From positions 52,740 to 116,739 of the forward strand of contig JBMNEO010000010.1 of the NCBI GenBank assembly GCA_050948825.1: a stretch of 64,000 nt of DNA. Direction: 5' to 3'. The notes beneath the pieces are model-generated. The model did not search any database. It was not told the DNA's origin and worked only from the letters and a program-made list of their open reading frames with translations. Shown piece by piece: positions 1-9,055 of the stretch. The DNA is from Dethiobacteria bacterium. GTDB taxonomy: Bacteria; Bacillota; Dethiobacteria; DTU022; UBA8154. Within the stretch, counting starts at the first letter, position 1. Every line of letters starts with the position of its first letter. A program made the position numbers and the translations under genes.

Positions 1-831
1 ACCGGGGAACTCTGGTTTAAGGTGCCGCCGACGATCAGGATTACCTATCACGGCAATCTGCCGCCGTGGGTTGGAGGAAAAGATCTTATCTTATATACTA
101 TTGGCAAACTCGGGGTCGATGGGGCGCGTTATGCTGCGTTGGAATTCAGCGGCCCCGCAATTGGTAAGCTGAGTATGGACGCGCGCTTTACCATTTCCAA
201 TATGGCGATTGAGGCCGGTGCCAAAGCAGGGCTTATTTCGCCGGACGAGGTAACCCGCAAATACCTTCAGGGTAGGGCAGCAAGGCCGTATAACGCCGTA
301 CTGGGTGATGATGACGCTCCGGCAGCGGAGGAATACAACTGGGATGTGGAAAGCCTGGAGCCGCAGGTTTCGCTTCCGTTTAGCCCGGCTAATGCGCAGC
401 CCGTCTCCAGTGTAGCCGGAACTGAGATAGATCAGGTGGTAATCGGATCATGTACCAACGGGCGGATCGAGGATTTGCGCCAGGCAGCAGCTCTTTTAAA
501 GGGCAGGAAGGTTCATCCCCGGGTGCGTCTCTTAATCATACCCGCTACCCAGGCAATTTATCTGCAGGCTATGCGTGAAGGATTGCTGGAGATTTTTGCC
601 GAAGCGGAGGCTGCTGTGAGCACTCCCACATGCGGGCCCTGTCTGGGAGGCCACATGGGTATACTGGCTGCAGGGGAAGTGGCTGTGGCTACCACCAATC
701 GTAATTTTGTCGGGCGCATGGGCCATCCCGAAAGCCGGGTATACCTGGCCGGCCCTGCTGTGGCGGCGGCTTCGGCGGTATCCGGTGTTATTGCTCATCC
801 CGGGGATATCGGAGGAGGTGAAGCGAGGTGA
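1..831 (+). CDS. leuC: 3-isopropylmalate dehydratase/homoaconitase-family large subunit (5'-truncated by window)
   Basis: Frame open from base 1 (TGELWFKVP); aconitase-family motifs IGSCTNGRIEDL, PTCGPCLGGH, TNRNFVGRMG; overlaps leuD start. Confidence 0.92.
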   Translation, partial: TGELWFKVPPTIRITYHGNLPPWVGGKDLILYTIGKLGVDGARYAALEFSGPAIGKLSMDARFTISNMAIEAGAKAGLISPDEVTRKYLQGRAARPYNAVLGDDDAPAAEEYNWDVESLEPQVSLPFSPANAQPVSSVAGTEIDQVVIGSCTNGRIEDLRQAAALLKGRKVHPRVRLLIIPATQAIYLQAMREGLLEIFAEAEAAVSTPTCGPCLGGHMGILAAGEVAVATTNRNFVGRMGHPESRVYLAGPAVAAASAVSGVIAHPGDIGGGEAR

Positions 832-1328
832 GCATCTTAAAAGGCAAGGTTTGGACTTTTGGCAACGATATTGATACGGATGCGATTATCCCGGCCCGCT
901 ATCTGAATACTTCCGATCCAGGCGAGCTGGCTCTGCATTGTATGGAGGATGCTGATCCATCATTTGTAGCCAAGGCATCTCCCGGTGACATTATCGTTGC
1001 CGGTAAAAATTTCGGCTGCGGCAGTTCCCGGGAACACGCCCCTCTGGCGATTAAGGCGGCAGGGATAGGCTGTGTCATAGCCGAAAACTTTGCGCGTATT
1101 TTTTATCGCAATGCAATTAATATTGGGCTTCCTATTCTCGAGTCGGCAGAAGCCGCAGCTTTTTTGAAAGAAGGGCAACAGGTGGAGATCAACCTGGAAG
1201 AGGGGAAAATCAGTGAGCTTTCCAGCGGCCGTACCTTCACTGCAGTTCCTTTTCCTCCTTTTATGCAGGGAATAATGGCCAAAGGCGGCCTTATTAACTA
1301 TATCAGGGAGAAACAGAATAAAAAGTAA
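828..1328 (+). CDS. leuD: 3-isopropylmalate dehydratase small subunit
   Basis: DIDTDAIIPARYL, NFGCGSSREHA, FARIFYRNAINIGLP motifs; SD GGAGGTG upstream. Confidence 0.93.
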   Translation: MSILKGKVWTFGNDIDTDAIIPARYLNTSDPGELALHCMEDADPSFVAKASPGDIIVAGKNFGCGSSREHAPLAIKAAGIGCVIAENFARIFYRNAINIGLPILESAEAAAFLKEGQQVEINLEEGKISELSSGRTFTAVPFPPFMQGIMAKGGLINYIREKQNKK

Positions 1329-1412
1329 TTAAATAAAGTAAACTCATTGTTGAGGAAGGAGGTGTTAGCCTGTCCTGTGTTTCGTGGATTGGGGCAGCAG
1401 GGGCAGGCAATT

Positions 1413-3500
1413 ATGAAAAATTATAACACCGGGCAGATACGAAACGTAGCTTTAATATCACATGGAGGGGCGGGGAAAACATCCCTGGCGGAGGCAATGC
1501 TCTATACTTCGGGGGCGATCACCCGCCTGGGCAAAGTAGAAGCAGGCAATACTACCACGGATTACGATCCGGATGAAATCAAAAGGCAGGTAACGATCAG
1601 TACTGCACTGGCTCCCCTGGAGTGGAACGGGGTAAAAATCAATTTGCTCGATACCCCGGGGTATTTTGACTTTGTAGGCGAAGTGCAGGGGGCGCTGCGG
1701 GTAGCCGATAGCGCAGTTATTGTAGTCTGTGCCGTCTCCGGAGTGGAAGTGGGCACTGAAAAAGTTTGGAGTTATGCGGATAAGTATAACCTGCCGCGAT
1801 TGGTTTTTATTAATAAGTTAGACCGGGAAAATGCCAATTTTAGCGCCGTTTTGGAACAGCTGCGCACCTTTTTCGGTCTGAAGGTTTTCCCGTTGCAGTT
1901 TCCCCTGGGGGAGGAAAATTCTTTCCGCGGGGTAGTAGATCTTGTTAAAATGAAGGCCCTTGTCTACACCGATAAGGAAGGCCTTAAAGTGCAAGAGGAG
2001 GATATCCCGGAGGATCTGCTGGAAAAGGCGGAAGAACTTCGTGAAAAAGTTATCGAAGCGGCAGCCGAATCAGATGATGAGCTGATGGAAAAATATCTGG
2101 AAGAGGAAGCCCTGGATGAGGAAGAAATAAATGTCGCGCTGCGCAAAGGGACGCTGGAGGGCAGGATAGTACCAGTCCTCTGTGGCTCAGGAACAATGAA
2201 TTACGGTATACAGCCTTTGCTGGATCTGATACAGAGCGCGCTGCCTTCCCCGCTGGATAAACCTCCCGCAAAAGGTACCGCCCCCAACAAGGAAGAAGAA
2301 GTAATCAAAAAAGCCGATATAAATGAACCCCTCTCAGCTCTGGTTTTTAAGACGCTGGCGGACCCTTATGTGGGCAGAGTAAATTATTTTCGGGTAAATT
2401 CAGGAGTATTAAAAGCCGATGCCCAGGTATATAATTTTAACAAAGAGAAGATGGAGCGTATCGGAAGTGTTTTCTTTATGCGGGGGAAAAACCAGTTGCA
2501 GACAGATAAAATTGTTGCCGGAGATATCGGTGCTGTAGCCAAGTTGGCCGTGACCGGCACGGGGGATACGCTGGGCGATAAAGGCAGCCCCGTTATTTTC
2601 CCGCCGATAGATTTTCCTGCTCCGGTAATTAGTTTTGCTGTTGAGCCAAAATCCAAGGGCGATGAAGAAAAGGTGGGCGCAGGCCTGCACCGTTTTCTGG
2701 AGGAGGATCCGACTTTCCGGGTGGAAAGAAATACGGAAACGAAGCAGATCCTTATCTCCGGTATGGGGGATACCCACCTCGATGTTATAGTAGAGCGTTT
2801 GGCCAAAAAATTCGGTGTGGAAGTCAATCTTACGCCGCCTAAAATTCCCTATAAAGAAACCATTCGCGGGACATCCAAAAAAGAGGGTAAATATAAGAAG
2901 CAGAGCGGTGGCCGTGGCCAGTACGGGCATGTTTTTCTGGAGATAAGCCCACTGCCCCGGGGTGAAGGCTTCGTTTTTGAAGATAAGATTGTCGGTGGTG
3001 TTGTACCCCGTCAGTATATACCGGCTGTGGAGAAGGGTGTTGTCGAAGCCATGGAGGAAGGCAACCTGGCCGGTTATCCGATAGTGGATATCAAGGTTGC
3101 CCTTTATGACGGTTCTTTTCATACGGTAGACTCATCCGAGATGGCTTTTAAAATTGCTGCTTCCATGTCGTTAAGGGGCGCTATCGATCAGGCTGATCCC
3201 GTTCTCCTTGAGCCGATCATGGATGTAGAGGTAACCGTTCCGGAAAATTTTATGGGCGATATAATGGGTGATCTGAACAGCAGAAGGGGCCGCATTCAGG
3301 GGATGATCCCCGGTGAAGGCGAACAGACGATCAAGGCGCAGGCTCCCATGGCTGAAATGTATGATTATGCGATAGATTTACGCTCAATGACGCAGGGGAG
3401 AGGCTCTTTCTCAATAAAATTTTCTCATTACGAAGAAGTTCCATTCCAGGAAGCGGAGAAAATTATTGCCGCTGCTAAAGCTGAAAAAGAAGGAAATTAA
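1413..3500 (+). CDS. fusA: Elongation factor G paralog (EF-G2-like, outside the str operon)
   Basis: IRNVALISHGGAGKT, DTPGYFDF, NKLD, KQSGGRGQYGHV, DGSFHTVDSSEMAF, RSMTQGRG; divergent G1/G3 motifs typical of the second EF-G; start set at MKNY (ATG 1413). Confidence 0.9.
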   Translation: MKNYNTGQIRNVALISHGGAGKTSLAEAMLYTSGAITRLGKVEAGNTTTDYDPDEIKRQVTISTALAPLEWNGVKINLLDTPGYFDFVGEVQGALRVADSAVIVVCAVSGVEVGTEKVWSYADKYNLPRLVFINKLDRENANFSAVLEQLRTFFGLKVFPLQFPLGEENSFRGVVDLVKMKALVYTDKEGLKVQEEDIPEDLLEKAEELREKVIEAAAESDDELMEKYLEEEALDEEEINVALRKGTLEGRIVPVLCGSGTMNYGIQPLLDLIQSALPSPLDKPPAKGTAPNKEEEVIKKADINEPLSALVFKTLADPYVGRVNYFRVNSGVLKADAQVYNFNKEKMERIGSVFFMRGKNQLQTDKIVAGDIGAVAKLAVTGTGDTLGDKGSPVIFPPIDFPAPVISFAVEPKSKGDEEKVGAGLHRFLEEDPTFRVERNTETKQILISGMGDTHLDVIVERLAKKFGVEVNLTPPKIPYKETIRGTSKKEGKYKKQSGGRGQYGHVFLEISPLPRGEGFVFEDKIVGGVVPRQYIPAVEKGVVEAMEEGNLAGYPIVDIKVALYDGSFHTVDSSEMAFKIAASMSLRGAIDQADPVLLEPIMDVEVTVPENFMGDIMGDLNSRRGRIQGMIPGEGEQTIKAQAPMAEMYDYAIDLRSMTQGRGSFSIKFSHYEEVPFQEAEKIIAAAKAEKEGN

Positions 3501-3524
3501 GGTTTTTGACAAACCAAAAGCGGA

Positions 3525-3551
3525 AAGCTCCCCGGATTAGGCGGGGAGCTT
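3525..3551 (+). terminator. GC-rich hairpin after EF-G paralog (possible terminator, weak U-tail)
   Basis: AAGCTCCCC...GGGGAGCTT 9-bp inverted repeat. Confidence 0.35.
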
Positions 3552-3567
3552 CCTCAACTTCAAAGGG

Positions 3568-4680
3568 GTGAAGATCTTGGCCGGCAAAATAAGAATAGGC
3601 GTTTTATTTGGGGGACGTTCAGGTGAACACGCCGTTTCGCTGCTTTCTGCCGCCTCGGTCATGGCCGCGATGGATAAAAACAAATATGATATTATTCCCA
3701 TAGGTATTACAGAAGATGGCCGGTGGCTGGCGGGGGGAGACCCGCTCCAGGCGCTGCGGAAAAAAGAATTAACGCGGGGATGTTTTCCCGCTTCGCTGGT
3801 AACCAATCCTCTGGAACCGGGGCTGTTCCTTTTTGAGGGCGATAAGGCGGTTGAATTTATTCCCCTGGATGTGGTTTTTCCTGTCCTTCACGGGCCTTAC
3901 GGGGAAGACGGCACTGTTCAAGGTTTGCTTGAGCTGGCAGGGATACCCTATGTAGGCGCAGGTGTTCTCTCCTCCGCCGCAGGGATGGATAAAGAGGTGA
4001 TGAAAATCCTTTTCCAGCATAGCGGGCTTCCCGTTGCCGATTTTATTGCCTTTAAGGATCACCGATGGGGGAAGGATAGCAGCTCGATTATTGAATTGAT
4101 CGAGGGGAAAATAGGTTATCCCTGTTTTATCAAACCTGCCAATTTGGGGTCCAGCGTGGGCGTAAGCAAAGCTTTCGGACAGGAGGAGCTTAGAGCAGGG
4201 ATAGAAGCGGCCTTGAGTTATGACAGAAAAGTAATTGTAGAGACCTTTATCGACGGGCGGGAAATAGAATGCAGCGTCCTGGGAGGCGACGAACCGGTTT
4301 CATCAATCCCCGGAGAGATTATCCCCAGCGGCGATTTTTATGATTACCGGGCAAAGTATATCGATAACCGCTCCAGGCTGATAATTCCCGCACCCCTGGA
4401 AGCGGAGGCTGCGGGAAAAATAAGGCGGTATGCTATACAGGCTTTTCAGGCTGTAGAATGCAGCGGCCTGGGGAGAGTTGACTTTTTTTACCGGGAGAAA
4501 GAAAAGGAGATCTACGTCAGCGAGATCAACACCATGCCGGGGTTTACAGAGATCAGCATGTATCCCAGGCTGTGGGAGCATAGCGGCATACCCTACGGGG
4601 AACTGATCGACAAACTGGTGGAGATTGCCCTGGAGAGACAGCGGCAAAAAAGCAGGCTCCTGACCGGATATAAAATATAG
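3568..4680 (+). CDS. ddl: D-alanine--D-alanine ligase
   Basis: [47 protein letters not shown]; start may be TTG 3577. Confidence 0.95.
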   Translation: MKILAGKIRIGVLFGGRSGEHAVSLLSAASVMAAMDKNKYDIIPIGITEDGRWLAGGDPLQALRKKELTRGCFPASLVTNPLEPGLFLFEGDKAVEFIPLDVVFPVLHGPYGEDGTVQGLLELAGIPYVGAGVLSSAAGMDKEVMKILFQHSGLPVADFIAFKDHRWGKDSSSIIELIEGKIGYPCFIKPANLGSSVGVSKAFGQEELRAGIEAALSYDRKVIVETFIDGREIECSVLGGDEPVSSIPGEIIPSGDFYDYRAKYIDNRSRLIIPAPLEAEAAGKIRRYAIQAFQAVECSGLGRVDFFYREKEKEIYVSEINTMPGFTEISMYPRLWEHSGIPYGELIDKLVEIALERQRQKSRLLTGYKI

Positions 4681-4860
4681 CTAAATGTCCATGGTAAAAA
4701 TGCAGTGGGTCCGGTAAATCCTAAATATTGATTATGTAAAAAATGTATTCTGCAACTTGTTAACAATTTTTTTATGTAGTAAAATATGACCAGCATAATC
4801 GTAAATAAAACTCAAATATTGCTATATGGCAAGGTTTTGGAAAATAGCAGGAGGTTGTTA

Positions 4861-5748
4861 GTGATGATCGAGAAAGGAACATTCAGGGGAAAAGAAGGAA
4901 TAGCCGAGATACAAAAAGGCGGAGTTATTATGGATGTTACCAGCCCCGAGCAGGCTAAAATTGCTGAAGCGGCAGGTGCGGTGGCGGTAATGGCCCTGGA
5001 AAGAGTACCGGCGGATATCAGGGCTGCCGGCGGTGTGGCGCGTATGGCGGATCCCCAAATTATTCAGGAGATTATGGACGCTGTTACTATCCCTGTTATG
5101 GCCAAGTGCCGTATAGGGCATTTTGTCGAAGCGCAGATACTGGAAGCCCTGGGTATAGATTATATAGATGAAAGTGAAGTTCTTACTCCTGCGGATGAAA
5201 AGTATCATATTAATAAACACCAATTTACGGTACCTTTTGTCTGTGGCTGCAGGGACCTGGGCGAAGCCCTGCGCCGTATTGGGGAAGGCGCATCCATGAT
5301 TCGCACCAAAGGCGAGCCGGGGACCGGCAATGTGGTTGAGGCGGTGCGGCATATGCGCCGGGTGATGGATGAGATTCGGCAGGTGCAGGGCACCCCCGAT
5401 GATGAACTCATGACGCTTGCCAAGGAGATGGGAGCCCCTTACGAGCTGGTCCTGGAGGTTAAAAAACTGGGGAGGTTACCGGTAGCCAATTTTGCTGCCG
5501 GGGGAGTTGCCACTCCTGCTGATGCGGCATTGATGATGCAGCTGGGGTCAGACGGGGTTTTTGTAGGCTCCGGCATTTTTAAGTCCAAGGAACCGGAGAA
5601 AAGGGCAAAGGCTATTGTTGAAGCGACTTTGCACTTCGATAATCCCGAGCTTTTGGCGAGGATTTCCCGCGGGCTGGGCGAAGCGATGCCGGGGATCGAT
5701 ATCAAGCTGCTGGCCGATTCGGAACGTATGCAGATCAGGGGAGTATAG
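4861..5748 (+). CDS. pdxS: Pyridoxal 5'-phosphate synthase lyase subunit
   Basis: [40 protein letters not shown]; SD AGGAGG before GTG 4861. Confidence 0.96.
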   Translation: MMIEKGTFRGKEGIAEIQKGGVIMDVTSPEQAKIAEAAGAVAVMALERVPADIRAAGGVARMADPQIIQEIMDAVTIPVMAKCRIGHFVEAQILEALGIDYIDESEVLTPADEKYHINKHQFTVPFVCGCRDLGEALRRIGEGASMIRTKGEPGTGNVVEAVRHMRRVMDEIRQVQGTPDDELMTLAKEMGAPYELVLEVKKLGRLPVANFAAGGVATPADAALMMQLGSDGVFVGSGIFKSKEPEKRAKAIVEATLHFDNPELLARISRGLGEAMPGIDIKLLADSERMQIRGV

Positions 5749-5841
5749 GGTTTATAGGGGTCAGGCTTGAAATATTTACTTATTCAAACTTGAGGGAGCC
5801 TCATGGGTTGATGGTTTTTGATGATACTAGATGATGCTATT

Positions 5842-5866
5842 GAAAGGGTTTATGCCCTTTCTTTTT
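5842..5866 (+). terminator. Probable intrinsic terminator after pdxS
   Basis: GAAAGGGT-TTAT-GCCCTTTC followed by T-run. Confidence 0.5.
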
Positions 5867-5931
5867 CATTTATTTTCAAAAAGGAATCCCGGGATAAATC
5901 AAGAATATAACCATTTAGCACATGTAATGCC

Positions 5932-6038
5932 TGCGACATCGGGGACTGCGACATCGGGGACGGTTCTCCCTGTCGCATTCTCCCCTTGTGCGACACCGGG
6001 ACGGTTCTTGCGACAGGGGGACGGTTCTTGTTGTCGCA
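5932..6038. repeat. Cluster of REP-like palindromes (TGCGACA...GGGACGGTTCT...TGTCGCA)
   Basis: Three full cores plus a truncated unit, read directly. Confidence 0.85.
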
Positions 6039-6133
6039 CTTTCGAATTTCTATCAGATAAATATTTCAATGAAATAAGGCTTTTCACATTATAAATATTT
6101 CAGAGATATTATAAGGCTCTTCATTGGCATTGA

Positions 6134-6166
6134 ATGCGACAGGGAGAACCGTCCCCGGTGTCGCAC
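6134..6166. repeat. REP-like palindrome, reverse orientation
   Basis: TGCGACAGGG-AGAACCGTCCC-CGGTGTCGCA. Confidence 0.85.
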
Positions 6167-6244
6167 AAGTGTGCCGGAAATATCCCGGGGAAGATCGACA
6201 ATCCTGGATGGAGTGAAACGTTTTGCTGGATGGGGTGAACCATT

Positions 6245-6847
6245 ATGGACGATCTGTTATTAAAAAATGCATTGCACGTTAATTCCCTGGATGAGTGGCG
6301 GGAACTTTGCCTCAACTGCCGGCGCTGCCCGCTACGGAAAGGGGCTACGAATGTAGTCTTTGGCGAGGGCGACCCGCATGCCGGGATTATGTTTATAGGT
6401 GAAGGTCCGGGCGGCGAGGAAGATAAAATGGGCCGTCCGTTTGTGGGCGCGGCCGGCAGGCTGCTCGATCGCATTATTGCTGCCGCCGGCTGGAAGAGGG
6501 AGGAGGTCTATATTGCCAATATCGTTAAGTGCCGTCCCCCCGGAAACCGCAACCCGTTGCAGGATGAGATTGAGATCTGTTATCCTCTTCTGGAGAAACA
6601 GATTGAGCTGATCGATCCGCAGATTATTGTAACGCTTGGTGCCGTCTCTGCAAAGGTACTCCTTGGTTCCCCGAACTTATATATAACCAAAGAACGGGGA
6701 AAATGGCATCAATTTGGCAGTCGCATGCTTATGCCTACATTTCACCCGGCAGCTCTTTTACGCGATCCGGCGAAAAAACGTCCCGTATGGGAGGATATCA
6801 AGCAGGTAGTAGCCCTTTATAGTGAAATTAACCCGAAGGGGAACTGA
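6245..6847 (+). CDS. Uracil-DNA glycosylase family 4 (Fe-S)
   Basis: CxxC, GEGPG, PFVGAAG, NIVKCRPPGNR, TFHPAALLR. Confidence 0.93.
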   Translation: MDDLLLKNALHVNSLDEWRELCLNCRRCPLRKGATNVVFGEGDPHAGIMFIGEGPGGEEDKMGRPFVGAAGRLLDRIIAAAGWKREEVYIANIVKCRPPGNRNPLQDEIEICYPLLEKQIELIDPQIIVTLGAVSAKVLLGSPNLYITKERGKWHQFGSRMLMPTFHPAALLRDPAKKRPVWEDIKQVVALYSEINPKGN

Positions 6848-6852
6848 AATAT

Positions 6853-7542
6853 ATGATGTATGGAAAAATTTTACTGGTCGAGGACGAAAAAACCCTGGCT
6901 AAAGCGCTCAAGTTCAGCCTTGAAAAAGAAGGTTTTAAGGTTGATGTTGCCTATGATGGTGAAGAAGCCCTGCAGGCCCTCGCCGGGGGTTATCCGGATC
7001 TTGTTATTCTTGACCTGATGCTCCCTAAAATTGACGGCTATGAGGTCTGCCGTGAGATCCGTCGCAGGTCGGATCTGCCGATCATCATGCTCACAGCGCG
7101 GGATGAGGCGATCGATAAAATTCTCGGGCTGGAGCTGGGAGCGGATGATTATATGACCAAGCCTTTTAATACGCGCGAGCTTTTAGCGCGTATTAAGGCT
7201 ATTTTACGCCGTGCCGGCCAGGGGGGAACTGCGGGGAAAAAAAATATTAAACTGGGAGACCTGGAAATAGATCTTATTAAACACAAAGTTGTAATTAGAG
7301 GCCGCGAGGTGTCGCTTACTTCCAAAGAGTACGCCCTGCTCAGCTTTTTGGCTTCCAACCCCGGGAGGGTTTATTCCCGGGAGCAGCTTCTTGAAGAAGC
7401 CTGGGGTTATGTTTCCGCAAGTGATTTGCGCACTGTAGATGTCCATATCAGGCATTTAAGGGAGAAAATTGAGGAGCGCCCGGCAGATCCAAGTTTTATT
7501 CTTACTGTCTGGGGTGCAGGCTATAAATTTAGGGAGGGGTAA
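6853..7542 (+). CDS. OmpR/PhoB-family response regulator
   Basis: Receiver (LVEDE, LDLMLP, ADDYMTKPF) plus winged helix (RTVDVHIRHLREK, TVWGAGYKF). Confidence 0.93.
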   Translation: MMYGKILLVEDEKTLAKALKFSLEKEGFKVDVAYDGEEALQALAGGYPDLVILDLMLPKIDGYEVCREIRRRSDLPIIMLTARDEAIDKILGLELGADDYMTKPFNTRELLARIKAILRRAGQGGTAGKKNIKLGDLEIDLIKHKVVIRGREVSLTSKEYALLSFLASNPGRVYSREQLLEEAWGYVSASDLRTVDVHIRHLREKIEERPADPSFILTVWGAGYKFREG

Positions 7543-7555
7543 ACCCGGGTTTATT

Positions 7556-9016
7556 ATGTTAAATAGTATTCGCCTGAGGATGACAATAACTTATCTCCTG
7601 CTTATTGTGGCGATTATGCTGGCAACGGGGATTGTGCTTTTAAATATGCTTGAAAAGCATTATCTCTCCTCCGAGGAAGAAAACATCGAGCGGACCGGCA
7701 GGTTGGCCGCCCAATCTATTATTTCCTATTTGAGGGATGATGCTGATCCGGTTCTCCTGAGCAGTGTTGCTGAGAATATCAGCCACCAGATTAATGCCAG
7801 GGTTATTATTGTCAGCACAGATAACCTTGTTTTGGGAGATTCGGTGCGCATTGGAGGGCTTTCAGGTTCAAAAATTGAACGCCCCGAAATTCAGGATGCT
7901 CTTAAGCTGGAAAAAGGATGCAGTGTTCAGTACAGTCATATCTCCAAGCAGTGGGTTCTCCAGGTGGCGGTTCCCGCAAGGGAAGAGGATGGCACTCCAC
8001 TGGGGGTTATTTTCCTTGCTTCCTCCCTCAATCCTGTCTATGCAACGCTTGCGGCTGTTCAACGGTTTCTCCTAATGTTTACTTTCCTTGCGCTGCTTTT
8101 TGCCGGTGTTCTTGTTGTTCTCTTTTCACATCATCTGACGGGACCGATTAAAAGGCTTACGAGCGCCGCGCAGCAGATGGCTGAGGGCAAACTTGACCAG
8201 CAGATACCCGTAACCTCCAGAGATGAAATAGGCCGGCTGGCGCAGCAATTTAATGTTATGGCCAGCAGAATTATGGAGACGAACCAGCGCTTGACGCGCT
8301 TTGTGGCGGATGTATCCCATGAACTGAGAACACCGCTGGCTTCTATACACCTCTGCCTGCAATCAATGCAGGAATACGAGATGAAACCTGAAGAGCAAAA
8401 GGAATTTTTGGATGATATTTACCATGAAACCCAGCGGTTAATATATCTTGTTGAAGATCTCCTGGAGATGACCAGAAGACAGGAAGTAGCCGAGAAAATG
8501 GAGGTATTTTCTTTAAAAGCTCTCCTGGAAGGAGTACTGGCCTCCATACAGCCCCGTGTGGATCGTAAGGAGTTAAAGCTATTTACGGAAATTGACGAAA
8601 AGCTTCCTTTGCTGAACGTATCCCCGGAAGCCCTGAAAAGGGTTCTTTTTAACCTTTTGGACAATGCTATAAAGTATACTCCCTCCGGCGGATGGCTGAA
8701 GCTTATCGCCGAGAGCGATGAAAATAACGTTCGTGTCACTGTGCAGGATACGGGTTGCGGCATTCCGGAAGAGGCAATTCCTTATATTTTCGAGCGCTTT
8801 TACAGGGTGGATAAAGCCAGGTCCCGTTATCTGGGCGGAACAGGTTTGGGGTTGGCCATTTGCAAGGAGATAATTGAGCATTATGGAGGGGAAATCGGAC
8901 TGGAAGAAAGCCAGGAAGATAAAGGAAGTACTTTTTACTTTATCCTGCCCGTGGAAAGAAGTATACAGGAATACCGCGAAGAGCTGCAGGTAGTGGAAAG
9001 TCCCGAACCGGTATAG
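7556..9016 (+). CDS. Membrane sensor histidine kinase (2 TM, HAMP, HisKA, HATPase)
   Basis: ADVSHELRTPL, NLLDNAIKY, DTGCGI, FERFYRVDKARSR, GTGLGL; start set at ATG 7556. Confidence 0.93.
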   Translation: MLNSIRLRMTITYLLLIVAIMLATGIVLLNMLEKHYLSSEEENIERTGRLAAQSIISYLRDDADPVLLSSVAENISHQINARVIIVSTDNLVLGDSVRIGGLSGSKIERPEIQDALKLEKGCSVQYSHISKQWVLQVAVPAREEDGTPLGVIFLASSLNPVYATLAAVQRFLLMFTFLALLFAGVLVVLFSHHLTGPIKRLTSAAQQMAEGKLDQQIPVTSRDEIGRLAQQFNVMASRIMETNQRLTRFVADVSHELRTPLASIHLCLQSMQEYEMKPEEQKEFLDDIYHETQRLIYLVEDLLEMTRRQEVAEKMEVFSLKALLEGVLASIQPRVDRKELKLFTEIDEKLPLLNVSPEALKRVLFNLLDNAIKYTPSGGWLKLIAESDENNVRVTVQDTGCGIPEEAIPYIFERFYRVDKARSRYLGGTGLGLAICKEIIEHYGGEIGLEESQEDKGSTFYFILPVERSIQEYREELQVVESPEPV

Positions 9017-9055
9017 TGTGAGCGGCTATCAAAAAAAAGACAAAGAGGTTAGGTT

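Noticed and set aside
5831-6474. Short ORFs spanning the repeat clusters (RQxEPSP peptides; also 19513, 19659, 29408, 57618)
   Set aside because: Translations of the REP-like units, not independent genes
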